Shown: positions 1-9,600 of the stretch, one piece after another | Layout: each line of letters opens with the position of its first letter | Numbering within the stretch: position 1 is the stretch's first letter | Assembly (NCBI GenBank): GCA_031370785.1 | Contig: JANMQY010000116.1 | Location: 1-17,735 of the forward strand | DNA: 17,735 nucleotides | From: Candidatus Eiseniibacteriota bacterium | GTDB taxonomy: Bacteria; Eisenbacteria; RBG-16-71-46 | Reading direction: 5' to 3' | Program-made: the position numbers and the translations under genes | Notes under the pieces: model-generated | The model's input: only the letters and a program-made list of their open reading frames with translations | Database searches by the model: none | Told to the model about the DNA's origin: nothing

Positions 1-230
1 GCCCCAAAAATCTCTGGGTTTCCCCCCCCCCATACCGGCCCCTTTTTTTTCCCCCGCCCCCGGGATGTCGTATTTACCCCGGGATGTTTGGGGGGGGTTT
101 TTTGTTTTTGTTTTTTAGGGGGGGGGGGGTGGGGGGTGGTATACCCGATGACTCGCGGGTCCCCCGTCGCCCCCACCCTTCCCAAAACCCCGCCGCTCCT
201 GGCCCCACTCGCCATCGGGCATCCCCACCG
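1..230. other. Low-complexity homopolymer-rich segment, probably a low-quality contig or read end
   Basis: Dense runs of C, G, T and A (C run near 22-31, T run near 43-50, G runs near 79-86 and 118-129) unlike the CpG-rich coding DNA in the rest of the window. ORFs here translate to poly-G/F/P/K nonsense. Confidence 0.75.
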
Positions 231-278
231 CGCAGCCCGCGCGCGACGTCGCATCCCACCGCGCAGCCCGCGCCCGAG

Positions 279-1682
279 CTAACCCAGCTCCTTCAGCTCC
301 GCGAGCAGCTTCTGCACAGTGCCCTTTGCGTCGCCGAACAGCATCAGGGTCTTTGGCTCGTAGTAGAGCGGGTTGTCGATGCCGGCGAACCCTGGACTCA
401 TGCCGCGCTTGATCACGATCGCATGTTGCGCCTTGTCCGCGTCCAGGATCGGCATGCCGTAGATCGGGCTCGCCGCGTCGGTGCGCGCAGCCGGGTTCAC
501 CACGTCGTTGGCGCCGATCACCAGCGCCACGTCGGTGCGCTCGAAGTCGCCGTTGATCTGGTCGAGGTCGAACAACTGCGTGTACGGCACGTTGGCCTCG
601 GCCAGCAGCACGTTCATGTGCCCGGGCATGCGTCCGGCCACAGGATGGATCGCGTACTTGACCTCGACGCCGCGGGTCGCGAGCAGGTCGGCGAGCTCGC
701 GCACCGCGTGCTGCGCCTGCGCGACCGCCATGCCGTAGCCCGGCACGATGATCAGCGAGCGCACGTTGGCGAGCAGCACCGCGGCGTCGCTGATGCCGAT
801 CTCGTGCACCGGCTTCGCCGCGCCCGAGGCCGCGCCGGCGGCGGCGGGGGCGCCTGCGCCGAATCCTCCGAACAGCACGTTCGCGAGCGAGCGGTTCATC
901 GCCTTGCACATGAGCTGCGTGAGCAGCGTGCCCGAGGCGCCGACCAAGGTGCCGCTGATGATGAGCGCGGTGTTGTCGAGCGTGAAACCGGTCGCCGCGG
1001 CGGCGAGCCCGGTGAACGAGTTGAGCAGCGAGATCACCACCGGCATGTCCGCGCCGCCGATCGGCAGCACCATGGTCGCGCCGAATACGAGCGCGGCGGC
1101 GAGCAGCACCCAGAACCAGAGATTCACTCCGCCAACGAGCAGCATCGCGGTCGCGACCAGCAACAGCGCGGCCAGCGCGAAGTTGATCAGGCGCAGCAGG
1201 CCGGCGGCGATCGCGCGCTCGGAGACAAGCCCTTGCAGCTTGCCGAACGCGATCAGGCTTCCGCTGAACGAGATTGAGCCGATCAGCGCGCCAACAATCC
1301 CGGTGAACGGAACGCCCTGGCGCGGCAGGAACAGATGAGCGTTGTGCACGAACTCGGAGGTCGAGACCAGTGCCGCCGCGCCGCCACCGAGACCATTCAG
1401 CAGCGCGACCATCTGCGGGATATCGGTCATGCGCACGCGACGCGCGCCCACCACGCCGGCGATGCAGCCGATCACCAGCGCGATGAGGATCGCCGGGCGG
1501 TGCTGGAGCCCGGGCGTGAGCAGCGTCGCGACTACCGCGAGCGCCATGCCGGCGGCCGCGATCAGGTTGCCCGAGCGTGCCTGGAGTGGCGAGCTCAGCC
1601 GCTTGAGCCCTACGATGAAGAGGATCGAGGCGATCAGGTAGGAGAGCGGAACGAATCCCGGGAGCGCGGTGGAAACGCTCAT
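279..1682 (-). CDS. pntB: NAD(P)+ transhydrogenase subunit beta (467 aa)
   Basis: Multi-TM N-terminal half with IGGADMPVVISLLNS. NADP(H)-binding dIII motifs VPGYGMAVAQAQH, AIHPVAGRMPGHMNVLLAEA, VIGANDVVNPAA and LFGDAK. Start overlaps the pntAb stop (ATGA). Confidence 0.97.
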   Translation of the reverse strand: MSVSTALPGFVPLSYLIASILFIVGLKRLSSPLQARSGNLIAAAGMALAVVATLLTPGLQHRPAILIALVIGCIAGVVGARRVRMTDIPQMVALLNGLGGGAAALVSTSEFVHNAHLFLPRQGVPFTGIVGALIGSISFSGSLIAFGKLQGLVSERAIAAGLLRLINFALAALLLVATAMLLVGGVNLWFWVLLAAALVFGATMVLPIGGADMPVVISLLNSFTGLAAAATGFTLDNTALIISGTLVGASGTLLTQLMCKAMNRSLANVLFGGFGAGAPAAAGAASGAAKPVHEIGISDAAVLLANVRSLIIVPGYGMAVAQAQHAVRELADLLATRGVEVKYAIHPVAGRMPGHMNVLLAEANVPYTQLFDLDQINGDFERTDVALVIGANDVVNPAARTDAASPIYGMPILDADKAQHAIVIKRGMSPGFAGIDNPLYYEPKTLMLFGDAKGTVQKLLAELKELG

Positions 1683-1990
1683 GGCTCGCGCTTGGATTTC
1701 GGCGGGCGCGGCCGGCTCTTGAACATCCCGAGCATGCGATCGGTAACGACGAAGCCGCCGGCCAGGTTCATGGCTCCGAACATCACCGCGACGAATCCGA
1801 GCGTCGTTTCGAGCGGACCCTGCGCCATCCCCAGCACCAGGATGCCCCCGACCACCACGATGCCGTGAATGGCGTTAGTGCCGGACATGAGCGGCGTGTG
1901 CAGGACCACCGGAACCTTCGAGATCACCTCGAAGCCCACGAACACCGCGAGCGCGAAGATGGTGAGCTGGGTGAGCAGCAACGCGCTCAT
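1679..1990 (-). CDS. pntAb: NAD(P)+ transhydrogenase subunit alpha, part 2 (membrane segment, 103 aa)
   Basis: Diagnostic LHTPLMSGTNAIHG and NLAGGFVVTDRMLGMF motifs, three hydrophobic helices, and ATGA overlaps on both sides. Confidence 0.96.
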   Translation of the reverse strand: MSALLLTQLTIFALAVFVGFEVISKVPVVLHTPLMSGTNAIHGIVVVGGILVLGMAQGPLETTLGFVAVMFGAMNLAGGFVVTDRMLGMFKSRPRPPKSKREP

Positions 1991-3165
1991 GCGCGCACCG
2001 GCTCGACGGGCGTGGCGGGGGCCGGGCCGCGCGGCGGGCGCGACGCTCCGCCGACCACGCCGTCGCGCATCACGCAGGTCTCGCGCGTGATCTCATCGTC
2101 GAAGTCGAAGGCGAGCGCGCCGTCCTTCACCAGATGCAGCAGCAGCGCCGAAATGTTGCGCGCATACATCTGGCTGGCGTGAACCGGCAGGCTGGCCGCG
2201 AGATTCGTGGGGCCAAGGATGACGACGCCATTCGCGACGACTTCGCCGCCCGCGCGCGTCAGCTCGCAGTTGCCGCCGCTTTCGGCGGCCATGTCGAGGA
2301 TCACCGAGCCCGGGCGCATGGCCTCGACCATCGCGGCCGTGATCAGCAAAGGCGCGCGCCTGCCCGGCACGATCGCGGTCGAGATCACCACGTCGGCGCC
2401 CTGCACGTGTTTGGCGATCAGCTCGCGCTCGCGCTGCTCCTGATCGGCGCTCAGCTCATTCGCGTAGCCCGTCGCGTCGGCATGGGCCGCATTGAGCGCT
2501 TCGGTCGCGATGAACGTCGCGCCCAGACTCTGCACTTCCTCGCGCACCGCGGGGCGCACATCGAACGCTTCGACCACCGCGCCGAGCCGCCGCGCGGTCG
2601 CGATCGCCTGCAGCCCCGCGACGCCGGCGCCGAGCACGAACACGCGCGCCGGGGCGATCGTGCCGGCGGCGGTCATGAGCAGAGGAAAGAAGCGCGGCAG
2701 CTTCTCGGCGGCGAGCAGCACCGCCCGATAGCCGGCGACGGTGCTCATCGACGACATCGCGTCCATGCTCTGCGCGCGCGAGATACGCGGCAGCGCTTCC
2801 ATCGCGAACGCGGTGACCTTGCGGGCGGCGAGGCGCTCGAGCGACTGCGCGGTGCGCACCGGGCCGAGGAAGGCGATGAGCGTCGTGCCTTCGCGCATCA
2901 GGTCGGCCTCGTGCAGCGCGGGTTCTTCGTTCCAGCGCGGCTCGCGCACCTTGAGCACGACGTCGCAGCCGAAGGCGGCGCCGGTGTCCATGACCTGCGC
3001 GCCCGCGGCGCGATACGCTTCGTCGGTCGCGGCGGCGAGCAAACCCGCACCGCTCTCGACCTGCACCGAAAGCCCCGCCTTGAGGAGCGGGGCGATCGAC
3101 TGTGGGAGCAGCGCCACCCGGGTCTCGCCCGGCGTGGTCTCGCGAGGAACTCCAATCGAGAGCAT
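1987..3165 (-). CDS. pntAa: NAD(P)+ transhydrogenase subunit alpha, part 1 (soluble NAD(H)-binding dI, 392 aa)
   Basis: Begins MLSIGVPRETTPGETRVALLP, the typical family start, so ATG 3165 is preferred over the ORF-track start 3411, which overlaps icd. Contains PRISRAQSMDAMSSM, LMTAAGT, Rossmann VLGAGVAGLQAIATARRLGAVVEAFDVRP and GGNCELT. Confidence 0.95.
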   Translation of the reverse strand: MLSIGVPRETTPGETRVALLPQSIAPLLKAGLSVQVESGAGLLAAATDEAYRAAGAQVMDTGAAFGCDVVLKVREPRWNEEPALHEADLMREGTTLIAFLGPVRTAQSLERLAARKVTAFAMEALPRISRAQSMDAMSSMSTVAGYRAVLLAAEKLPRFFPLLMTAAGTIAPARVFVLGAGVAGLQAIATARRLGAVVEAFDVRPAVREEVQSLGATFIATEALNAAHADATGYANELSADQEQRERELIAKHVQGADVVISTAIVPGRRAPLLITAAMVEAMRPGSVILDMAAESGGNCELTRAGGEVVANGVVILGPTNLAASLPVHASQMYARNISALLLHLVKDGALAFDFDDEITRETCVMRDGVVGGASRPPRGPAPATPVEPVRA

Positions 3166-3307
3166 GCACGCCCATTGAATCAGGGCGGAGGGGGGTGAAG
3201 CAAGGCGGGACCGGGGCGCGATCGCGCACCCGCATCGCGCCGGGGCCATGGGTCTGGTACGGTTTCCCCTCAAATCACGAATATTCGACCGGTCGGGGGA
3301 GGAGTCC
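3166..3307. promoter_or_regulatory. Divergent intergenic region pntAa/icd
   Basis: 142 bp between divergent starts. SD GGAGGAG lies just upstream of the icd ATG at 3308. Short palindromes at 3216-3227, 3278-3287 and 3286-3295. No clear -35/-10 pair identified. Confidence 0.55.
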
Positions 3308-4561
3308 ATGGGGCGTTCGCACGGCAATACGACATCCAGAGTGGTCGCGATGAATCCGATCGTCGAGATGGATGGCGACGAGATGACGCGGGTGATCTGG
3401 CAACTGGTCAAGGATCACCTGATCCATCCGTTCGTCGATATCAAGCTCGAGTATTACGACTTGGGACTGCCCGAGCGTAACCGCACCGACGACGCCGTGA
3501 CCGTGGCCGCGGCCGAGGCGATCCGCAAACACCGGGTCGGGGTCAAGTGCGCGACCATCACGCCCAATGAAGAGCGCGTCACCGAATACCAGCTCAAGAA
3601 GGCTTGGCCGAGTCCGAACGGCACCATCCGCGCGCGGCTCGATGGCACCGTGTTCCGCAAGCCGATCGTGGTGAAGAACGTGCCGCCGATGGTGCGCTCG
3701 TGGGCGAAGCCGATCATCATTGGCCGTCACGCCTACGGCGACATGTACAAGAGCGCCGAGATGCGCATCCGCCAGCCGGGCAAGGTCGAGATCGTCTTCA
3801 CTCCCGCGGACGGCAGCGCGCCGCAGCGCGCGACCATCCACGAATTCACGGCATCGGGAATCGTCCGCGGCGTCCACAACCTGGATGCGTCGATCCGCTC
3901 GTTCGCAAAGGCGTGCATCGCGTACGCGCTGAGCGACAAGGTCGACATGTGGTTCAGCGGCAAGGACACGATCGCGAAGGTGTACCACGGCGCGTTCCGC
4001 GAGATCTTCCGGCAGGAGACCGAGGCGCGGAAGGCCGATTTGGAAAAGGCAGGGATTACCTACACCTACATGCTCATTGACGATGCGGTCGCGCGAGCGG
4101 TGCGCAGCCCGGGCGGGTTCCTGTGGGCGTGCATGAACTACGACGTCGACGTGATGAGCGACATGGTCGCTTCGGGCTTCGGCAGCCTCGGCCTCATGAC
4201 CTCGGTGCTGGTTTCCCCGGACGGCCTGTTCGAGTACGAGGCCGCGCACGGAACTGTGACTAAACACTATCGGCTGCACCAGAAGGGCCAGCCCACTTCC
4301 ACCAACTCGACCGCCACGATCTTCGCGTGGACCGGCGCGCTGGCCAAGCGCGGCGAGCTGGACGGGACGCCCGAGCTGACCCGGTTCGCGCGCCGGCTCG
4401 AGGAATCAGTGATCGACACCATCGAATCCGGGGCGATGACGAAGGACCTCGCCTCGATCGCATCCCCCGCACCGCGCGGGCATGCGACCACCGAGGGTTT
4501 CATCGAAGCGATCGCCGAGAACCTGCAGGCGAAGATCGAGAACGGCGCCGCCGCGCGCTGA
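3308..4561 (+). CDS. icd: Isocitrate dehydrogenase, type II (eukaryote-like homodimeric), probably NADP-dependent (417 aa)
   Basis: [79 protein letters not shown] and MTKDLA. Start placed at ATG 3308 after GGAGGAG. Confidence 0.96.
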   Translation: MGRSHGNTTSRVVAMNPIVEMDGDEMTRVIWQLVKDHLIHPFVDIKLEYYDLGLPERNRTDDAVTVAAAEAIRKHRVGVKCATITPNEERVTEYQLKKAWPSPNGTIRARLDGTVFRKPIVVKNVPPMVRSWAKPIIIGRHAYGDMYKSAEMRIRQPGKVEIVFTPADGSAPQRATIHEFTASGIVRGVHNLDASIRSFAKACIAYALSDKVDMWFSGKDTIAKVYHGAFREIFRQETEARKADLEKAGITYTYMLIDDAVARAVRSPGGFLWACMNYDVDVMSDMVASGFGSLGLMTSVLVSPDGLFEYEAAHGTVTKHYRLHQKGQPTSTNSTATIFAWTGALAKRGELDGTPELTRFARRLEESVIDTIESGAMTKDLASIASPAPRGHATTEGFIEAIAENLQAKIENGAAAR

Positions 4562-4605
4562 TCGAGCGAATCGAGATCCGAGGGCGGCGCCTGAGAGGTT
4601 CCCTC

Positions 4606-5433
4606 ATGAGTGAAGCGCCAATCGACGCGGACGCCTTCAAGGCGTTCGAGCACGCCGGCTGGGTCGAAGTCGCGGGGCGCTACGCCGACACCTTTGCGCT
4701 CCTGACCGCGCAAGCGATCGAGCCTTTGCTCGACGCCGCTGGAGTCCGCGCGGAAACGCGGGCGCTCGACGTGGCTTGCGGCCCCGGCCACCTCGCGGCC
4801 GCTGCGGCGCGACGCGGGGCGCGCGCGACCGGCGTCGATTTCTCGAGTACGATGGTGGCCGAAGCGCGCCGACTCCACCCCAAAGTCGAATTCCGTGAAG
4901 GCGACGCGGAGAATCTGCCGTTCTCGGACGGCTCATTCGACGCGGTGACGATCGCCTTCGGCATGCTCCACTTCGCGCACCCGGATCGCGCGCTTGGCGA
5001 GGCGCGCCGCGTGCTCGTGTCCGGCGGGCGCTGCGCGTTCACGGTGTGGGACGCGCCCGAACGAGCGGTGACCTTCGGGTTGGTCCTGCGGGCGATCGAG
5101 GAGGATGGCGACCGCAACGTACCGCTTCCGGCCGGGCCCGACTTCTTCCGCTTCAGCGAGCCGACCGAGATCAGGCGCTCGCTGATGTCGGCCGGTTTCG
5201 AAGACGCCACGGTGACGACGATTCCACTGGTCTGGCGCGTGCCTTCGGCCGACGCGCTGTTCGACATCTTCCTCGAAAGTGGCGTGCGCATCCGTGCGTT
5301 GCTCCGCGCTCAGACCCCGGAGCGCCTTGCGGCAATCCGCGCGAAAGTGCGCGAGCTGGCGCGGCCTTACGAGCGCGGTGGCGAGCTCGAGCTGGAGACA
5401 CCATGTGTGCTCGCCTCGGCGCGGCATCCCTGA
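4606..5433 (+). CDS. Class I SAM-dependent methyltransferase (UbiE/Methyltransf_11-like, 275 aa), substrate unknown
   Basis: Motif I ALDVACGPG, then GVDFS, GDAENLPFSDGSFDAV and RRVLVSGGR. SD-like GAGAGG at 4593-4598 precedes ATG 4606. Confidence 0.9.
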   Translation: MSEAPIDADAFKAFEHAGWVEVAGRYADTFALLTAQAIEPLLDAAGVRAETRALDVACGPGHLAAAAARRGARATGVDFSSTMVAEARRLHPKVEFREGDAENLPFSDGSFDAVTIAFGMLHFAHPDRALGEARRVLVSGGRCAFTVWDAPERAVTFGLVLRAIEEDGDRNVPLPAGPDFFRFSEPTEIRRSLMSAGFEDATVTTIPLVWRVPSADALFDIFLESGVRIRALLRAQTPERLAAIRAKVRELARPYERGGELELETPCVLASARHP

Positions 5434-5440
5434 GGCCCCG

Positions 5441-6277
5441 ATGACGGCGCCAGAAGTCTTCGAAGCGTTCGACCGATACGAGCGCACACGCTGGGGCGAG
5501 GTCTCTTCCGTCTACGCGGGCACGTTCGGGCGGGTGACCTCACTCGCGGTCGAGCCGCTGCTCGATGCGGCGGGGGTCGGGCAGAACGTGCGCATGCTCG
5601 ACGTCGCGTGTGGTCCCGGCTTCGCGGCGATCGCGGGCTCGAAGCGCGGGGCCTCCGTGGATGGCGTGGATTTCGCGCCCGAGATGGTCGCAGCCGCGGC
5701 GCTCGCGTGCCCGAAAGGGCGCTTCCAGGTTGCCGATGCAGGGACGCTCCCGTTCGAGCCGCTGCAATTCGACGCGGTCGTTTCGAATTTCGGCGTCCAG
5801 CACTTTCCCGATCCCGATCGCGCGCTCGCCGAGATGCATCGGGTGTTGAAGCGCGGCGGACGCCTCGCGTTCACGGTGTGGGACACGCCCGAGCGCTCGC
5901 CTGCGCAGGGCCTGCTGCAGGAGGCGGTGGCCGCGCACGGCAGCGGAGATGTCGCGCTGCCGGCCGCGCCGCCGCTCCATCGGTTTGCGGACGCCGGCGA
6001 GACGCGCCGCACGCTCGAAGCGGCAGGCTTTACCGACGTCTCGAGCCGCACGCTTTCGCTCGTATTGCGCGCAGCCACGGCGAATGAGGTCTTCGACATC
6101 TATCATCGGGGCACCGTGCGGCTCGGCGCCATGCTCCGCGTCCAGCCACCCGAGGCGCTCACCCGCATTCGTGACGCCTTTACACGTTCGCTCGAGCCCT
6201 ATCATTCGGCCGAGGGCGTCGCGGTGCCGATGCAGGCCGTGCTCAGCACGGCGCGTTCGCGGCCGGATTCGGCGTAA
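5441..6277 (+). CDS. Class I SAM-dependent methyltransferase, paralog of the upstream gene (278 aa)
   Basis: MLDVACGPG, GVDFA, ADAGTLPFEPLQFDAV and HRVLKRGGR. ATG lies 7 nt after the upstream TGA, with GAGG overlapping that stop. Confidence 0.9.
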   Translation: MTAPEVFEAFDRYERTRWGEVSSVYAGTFGRVTSLAVEPLLDAAGVGQNVRMLDVACGPGFAAIAGSKRGASVDGVDFAPEMVAAAALACPKGRFQVADAGTLPFEPLQFDAVVSNFGVQHFPDPDRALAEMHRVLKRGGRLAFTVWDTPERSPAQGLLQEAVAAHGSGDVALPAAPPLHRFADAGETRRTLEAAGFTDVSSRTLSLVLRAATANEVFDIYHRGTVRLGAMLRVQPPEALTRIRDAFTRSLEPYHSAEGVAVPMQAVLSTARSRPDSA

Positions 6278-6525
6278 GGCGCGCCGCACACTCCCAAACC
6301 GCGTCCGCTGAAGTCCCCCGCCGCCTGCCCTCGCACGTGCGATTCGCGCGACGTGCGATGCGCCGCGCAAGCAATCGACTGCGTGCAATCACCCGACCCC
6401 CACCTGCGTCCGCACCGCCAGGTCGTCATCTGTACGGCGGCTTCGCAGATTACGAACCGGCAACGCTTGCGCGACAGCCACTTCCGGCCGGAAGGTCCGC
6501 GGCGCGGTGATTTGCACGATTCGCG

Positions 6526-6541
6526 CGGCACACCTCGTGCG
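6526..6541 (+). promoter_or_regulatory. Possible sigma-54 (-24/-12) promoter for the envelope operon
   Basis: CGGCAC-ACCTC-GTGC: GG (6527-28) and GC (6539-40) are separated by exactly 10 nt. It deviates from the consensus TGGCAC-N5-TTGC at two positions and lies about 110 bp upstream of GTG 6650. Confidence 0.3.
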
Positions 6542-6649
6542 TTGCGGGGCCGCCGCGTCGCGGCTCAGTCAGGCGCGGCTTGCACGCGTGCCGACTCCAT
6601 AGAGCCGGCGCGAGATGCGTGCATCCCGGATCTCAGTGAGGAGTCCATC

Positions 6650-9600
6650 GTGCGCCACGTTTTCCATTTCCGTCTGCTTGCGCCGCTTGTTGTCCTGGCG
6701 GTACTGCTCGTCGCCGCGGCACCGGCCGTGGCGGGTCCGTTCACACGCCTACAGGTGCTGCTCCCCGGCGAGACCGCGGCCCCGGGCACCGGTTCGGGCA
6801 AGACCGGCACACCCAGGGCGCAGACCACCGGCGTTCCATTCAATGTCACGGTGCGCGCCTGCGACGCCTCGTGGAACCTGGTCAACACCGCGACCGACGT
6901 CGTGCGCCTGCTGGCTTCGGACGCCAGCGCGACGCTGCCGGGCGCGACCCAGCTCCAGTCCGGCACGCTGTTGCTCACGGTCACTCTGAACGCCGGCGGC
7001 AGCTTCACGTTCTTCGCGCACGACGAGACCGACGGCACGATTCCCGATGGCACCTCAGCCGCGGTGAGCGCGCTCGTGCTGCAGGGCTTCCAGTTCTCGG
7101 GCATCTCGCAGAAGAATCAGACTGCGGGCGTGCCGTTCAGCATGACGCTTACCGCGCGCGACCCGTCGGGCAATATCGTGACCGGATACAACGGCTACGT
7201 GCGCCTCAAGGAGACCACGAGCTACGGTGACGGACGCACCTCGCCGGACTCGGTGCAGCTCGTGAACGGCTCGTGGTCGGGTGGCCTCGCGGCCTATCGC
7301 GCGGACGAGACCAGCATCAATCGAGGCAATGTGAACTTCTACGCGTTCCTCAGCAACGCGACGGGCAAGAACGGCACCAGCGACCCGTTCACCGTGCACC
7401 CCGGCAGTTTCGCGCGCGTGCAGCTCATCGTCCCGGGCGAGACCACCCTGCCGGGCAGCGTGACCGGCAAGACCGGAACGCCTGCTTCGCAAGGCGGAGG
7501 GCAGGCGTTCTCGGTCACCGTGTATGCGACCGACGCCTACTGGAATCCCCTCGTCAGCAGCGATCAGGTGCGCCTCACCTCCGGCGATGCTGCGGCCAGC
7601 ACGCCGCTCACCGGCGCCATGAGCAACGGCGTCAAGGTGTTCAGCGTCTCGCTCGGCACCGTGGGCACGCAGACGCTCACCATCGCAGATCAGACCAACG
7701 GCTCGATCCAGGGCATGACCAGCCCCGGCATCGTCGTGATTCCGAGCGCAGCCGACCACTTCGCGATCAGCACCATCGCTTCCCCGCAGGTCGCGGGCAC
7801 GCCGCTCAGCGTCACGATCCGCGCTGCCGACGTCTCCAACAACACGGTGCCGGGCTACAACGGCCAGGCCGTGCTCTCCGCCAACACCGGCGCGGGCAGC
7901 ATCTCGCCCGAGCTGATCACGTTCAGCAACGGCGTGTGGACGGGAAGCATGGTGTTCCGTGGCGCGGGTGGCGCGGTGAGCTTCACCGCATTCGACTTTT
8001 CGGCTCCGCCTCACACCGGCACCAGCAATAGCTTCGTGGTGCAGCCGGGTCCGTTCTCGGGTCTTCAGGTGCTGCTCCCCGGCGAGACGCCGCAGGGCGG
8101 TACAGTCGATGGCAAGAACGGCGCGCCCACCGGGCAGACGGCGGGCGCGGCGTTCACGCTGACGCTGCGTGCGGTCGACGCGTACTGGAACCTGGTCGGC
8201 GGCATCAACGATCGCATCGCGCTCGGCTCGAGCGACGCCTTCGCCGGCATGCCGGCCGAGACCACGCTGGCGGGCGGGCAGCTGCTGCTGCCGGCGAGGC
8301 TCTACCGCACCGGCCCGCAGCGCATCTGGGCAAGTGACGTCGACCAGCCCGGCATCACGCCCGACACCTCGGCATACGTGACCGTCACCGGAGGTCCGTT
8401 CGCACGCGTCCTGATCCTGGCGCCCGGCGAGTCGCCCGCGCCGGGCACTGTGACCGGCCGCACCGGCACTGCCACCGATCAGTCCATCAACTACGCGTTC
8501 ACGTGCACCGTGCTTGCCGCCGACTCGTGGTGGAATCCGGTCGGCGGCGTGACCGACGTGATGCACGTCACCTCGGGCGATCCTCTGGCCACGCTGCCGC
8601 CAGACGCGGCGATGGTCGACGGTGTCGCGCAGATGAACGTGCGGCTCGCGACCGGCGGCTTCCAGCAGATCACCGTCAGCGACGTGACGCAGCCGTCCAG
8701 GACCGGCAGCACGACGCAGGTACGCGCGATCTCGACCGGTTTCCACCTCGAGGCGACGGTCACACCCACCACGGCGCAGGCCGGCGGCCCGTTCACGCTC
8801 AGCGTCAAGGTCACGAACGATGCGGGCAGCGTGATCCAGGAGATCAACTCGTTCGTCACCATCGAGGTGCAGAACGCGTCCTCGCAAGCCCCGGGACGCG
8901 GCACCTTGCTCACCACCCAGTTCCAGCTCCTGCAGGGCCAGCGCACGGTCTCGGAGAACTACTCGTTCGCCGAGCCCATCGTGCTGATCGCGCGCGACGA
9001 CGCGGGCAACGCGCCGGCGGCGAGCAACGTGATCACGATCACCCCGGGCGCGCCTTCGCAGGTGCTGCTCAGCAGCGCGCCGACGTGGGTGGGCGGCGAC
9101 AAGAACGCCACCATCACGGCGCGCGTCACCGACGACTACGGCAACGGCGTCCCGGACCGTCCCATCGACTTCATGCTGCTCACGGGCACCGGTTCGCTGA
9201 GCGCAATCGACAGCCTGACCGACTCACTGGGCACGGCACGCGCCAATTTCCTGAGCCCGCGCCGTCCCGAAATCGACCGGCTGCGCGCGGTGTCGGGCAC
9301 GCTGAGCGCCGACCTCGATCTCGAGACTGCGTTCGTGGACCCGGGCGCGCCGGGCGGAACGATCACCAGCTACCCGAATCCGTTCCACCCGCCGGCGCAG
9401 GGCGTGAGCATCGCCTACAAGCTCGACGACAACGCGCAGGTCACCATCCGCATCTTCACCCAGAGTGGCGTGCTCGTGCGGCTCGTGGAATTTGCGAGCG
9501 GCAGCACGGGCGGCTCAGCCGGGCTCAACACATTCGTGTGGGACGGAAAGAACGGCGCCGGCAACGTGGTGGCGAGCGGCGGTTACCTGGCGCTGCTCGA

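Noticed and set aside
1..230. G/C/T homopolymer tracts as G-quadruplex, phase-variation tracts or a small ORF
   Set aside because: They sit at the window edge and fade gradually into normal sequence, the usual appearance of a low-quality read end. No biological claim can be supported without reads.
3166..3411. N-terminal extension of pntAa to 3411 and of icd to 3248
   Set aside because: The extensions overlap each other head-to-head and have no family similarity. The starts at 3165 and 3308 fit family N-termini, and 3308 has a strong SD.
6455..6520. c-di-GMP-I or other riboswitch in the operon leader
   Set aside because: There is only a superficial GGCAA...CCGG resemblance. The GNRA-capped P2 and GACGCAAAG core are not visible. 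An Infernal/Rfam search would be needed.
3299..6648. Identical 11-mer GAGGAGTCCAT before icd (3299-3309) and before the large gene (6638-6648)
   Set aside because: It is mostly explained by the shared Shine-Dalgarno sequence, and the remainder is too short to be significant.
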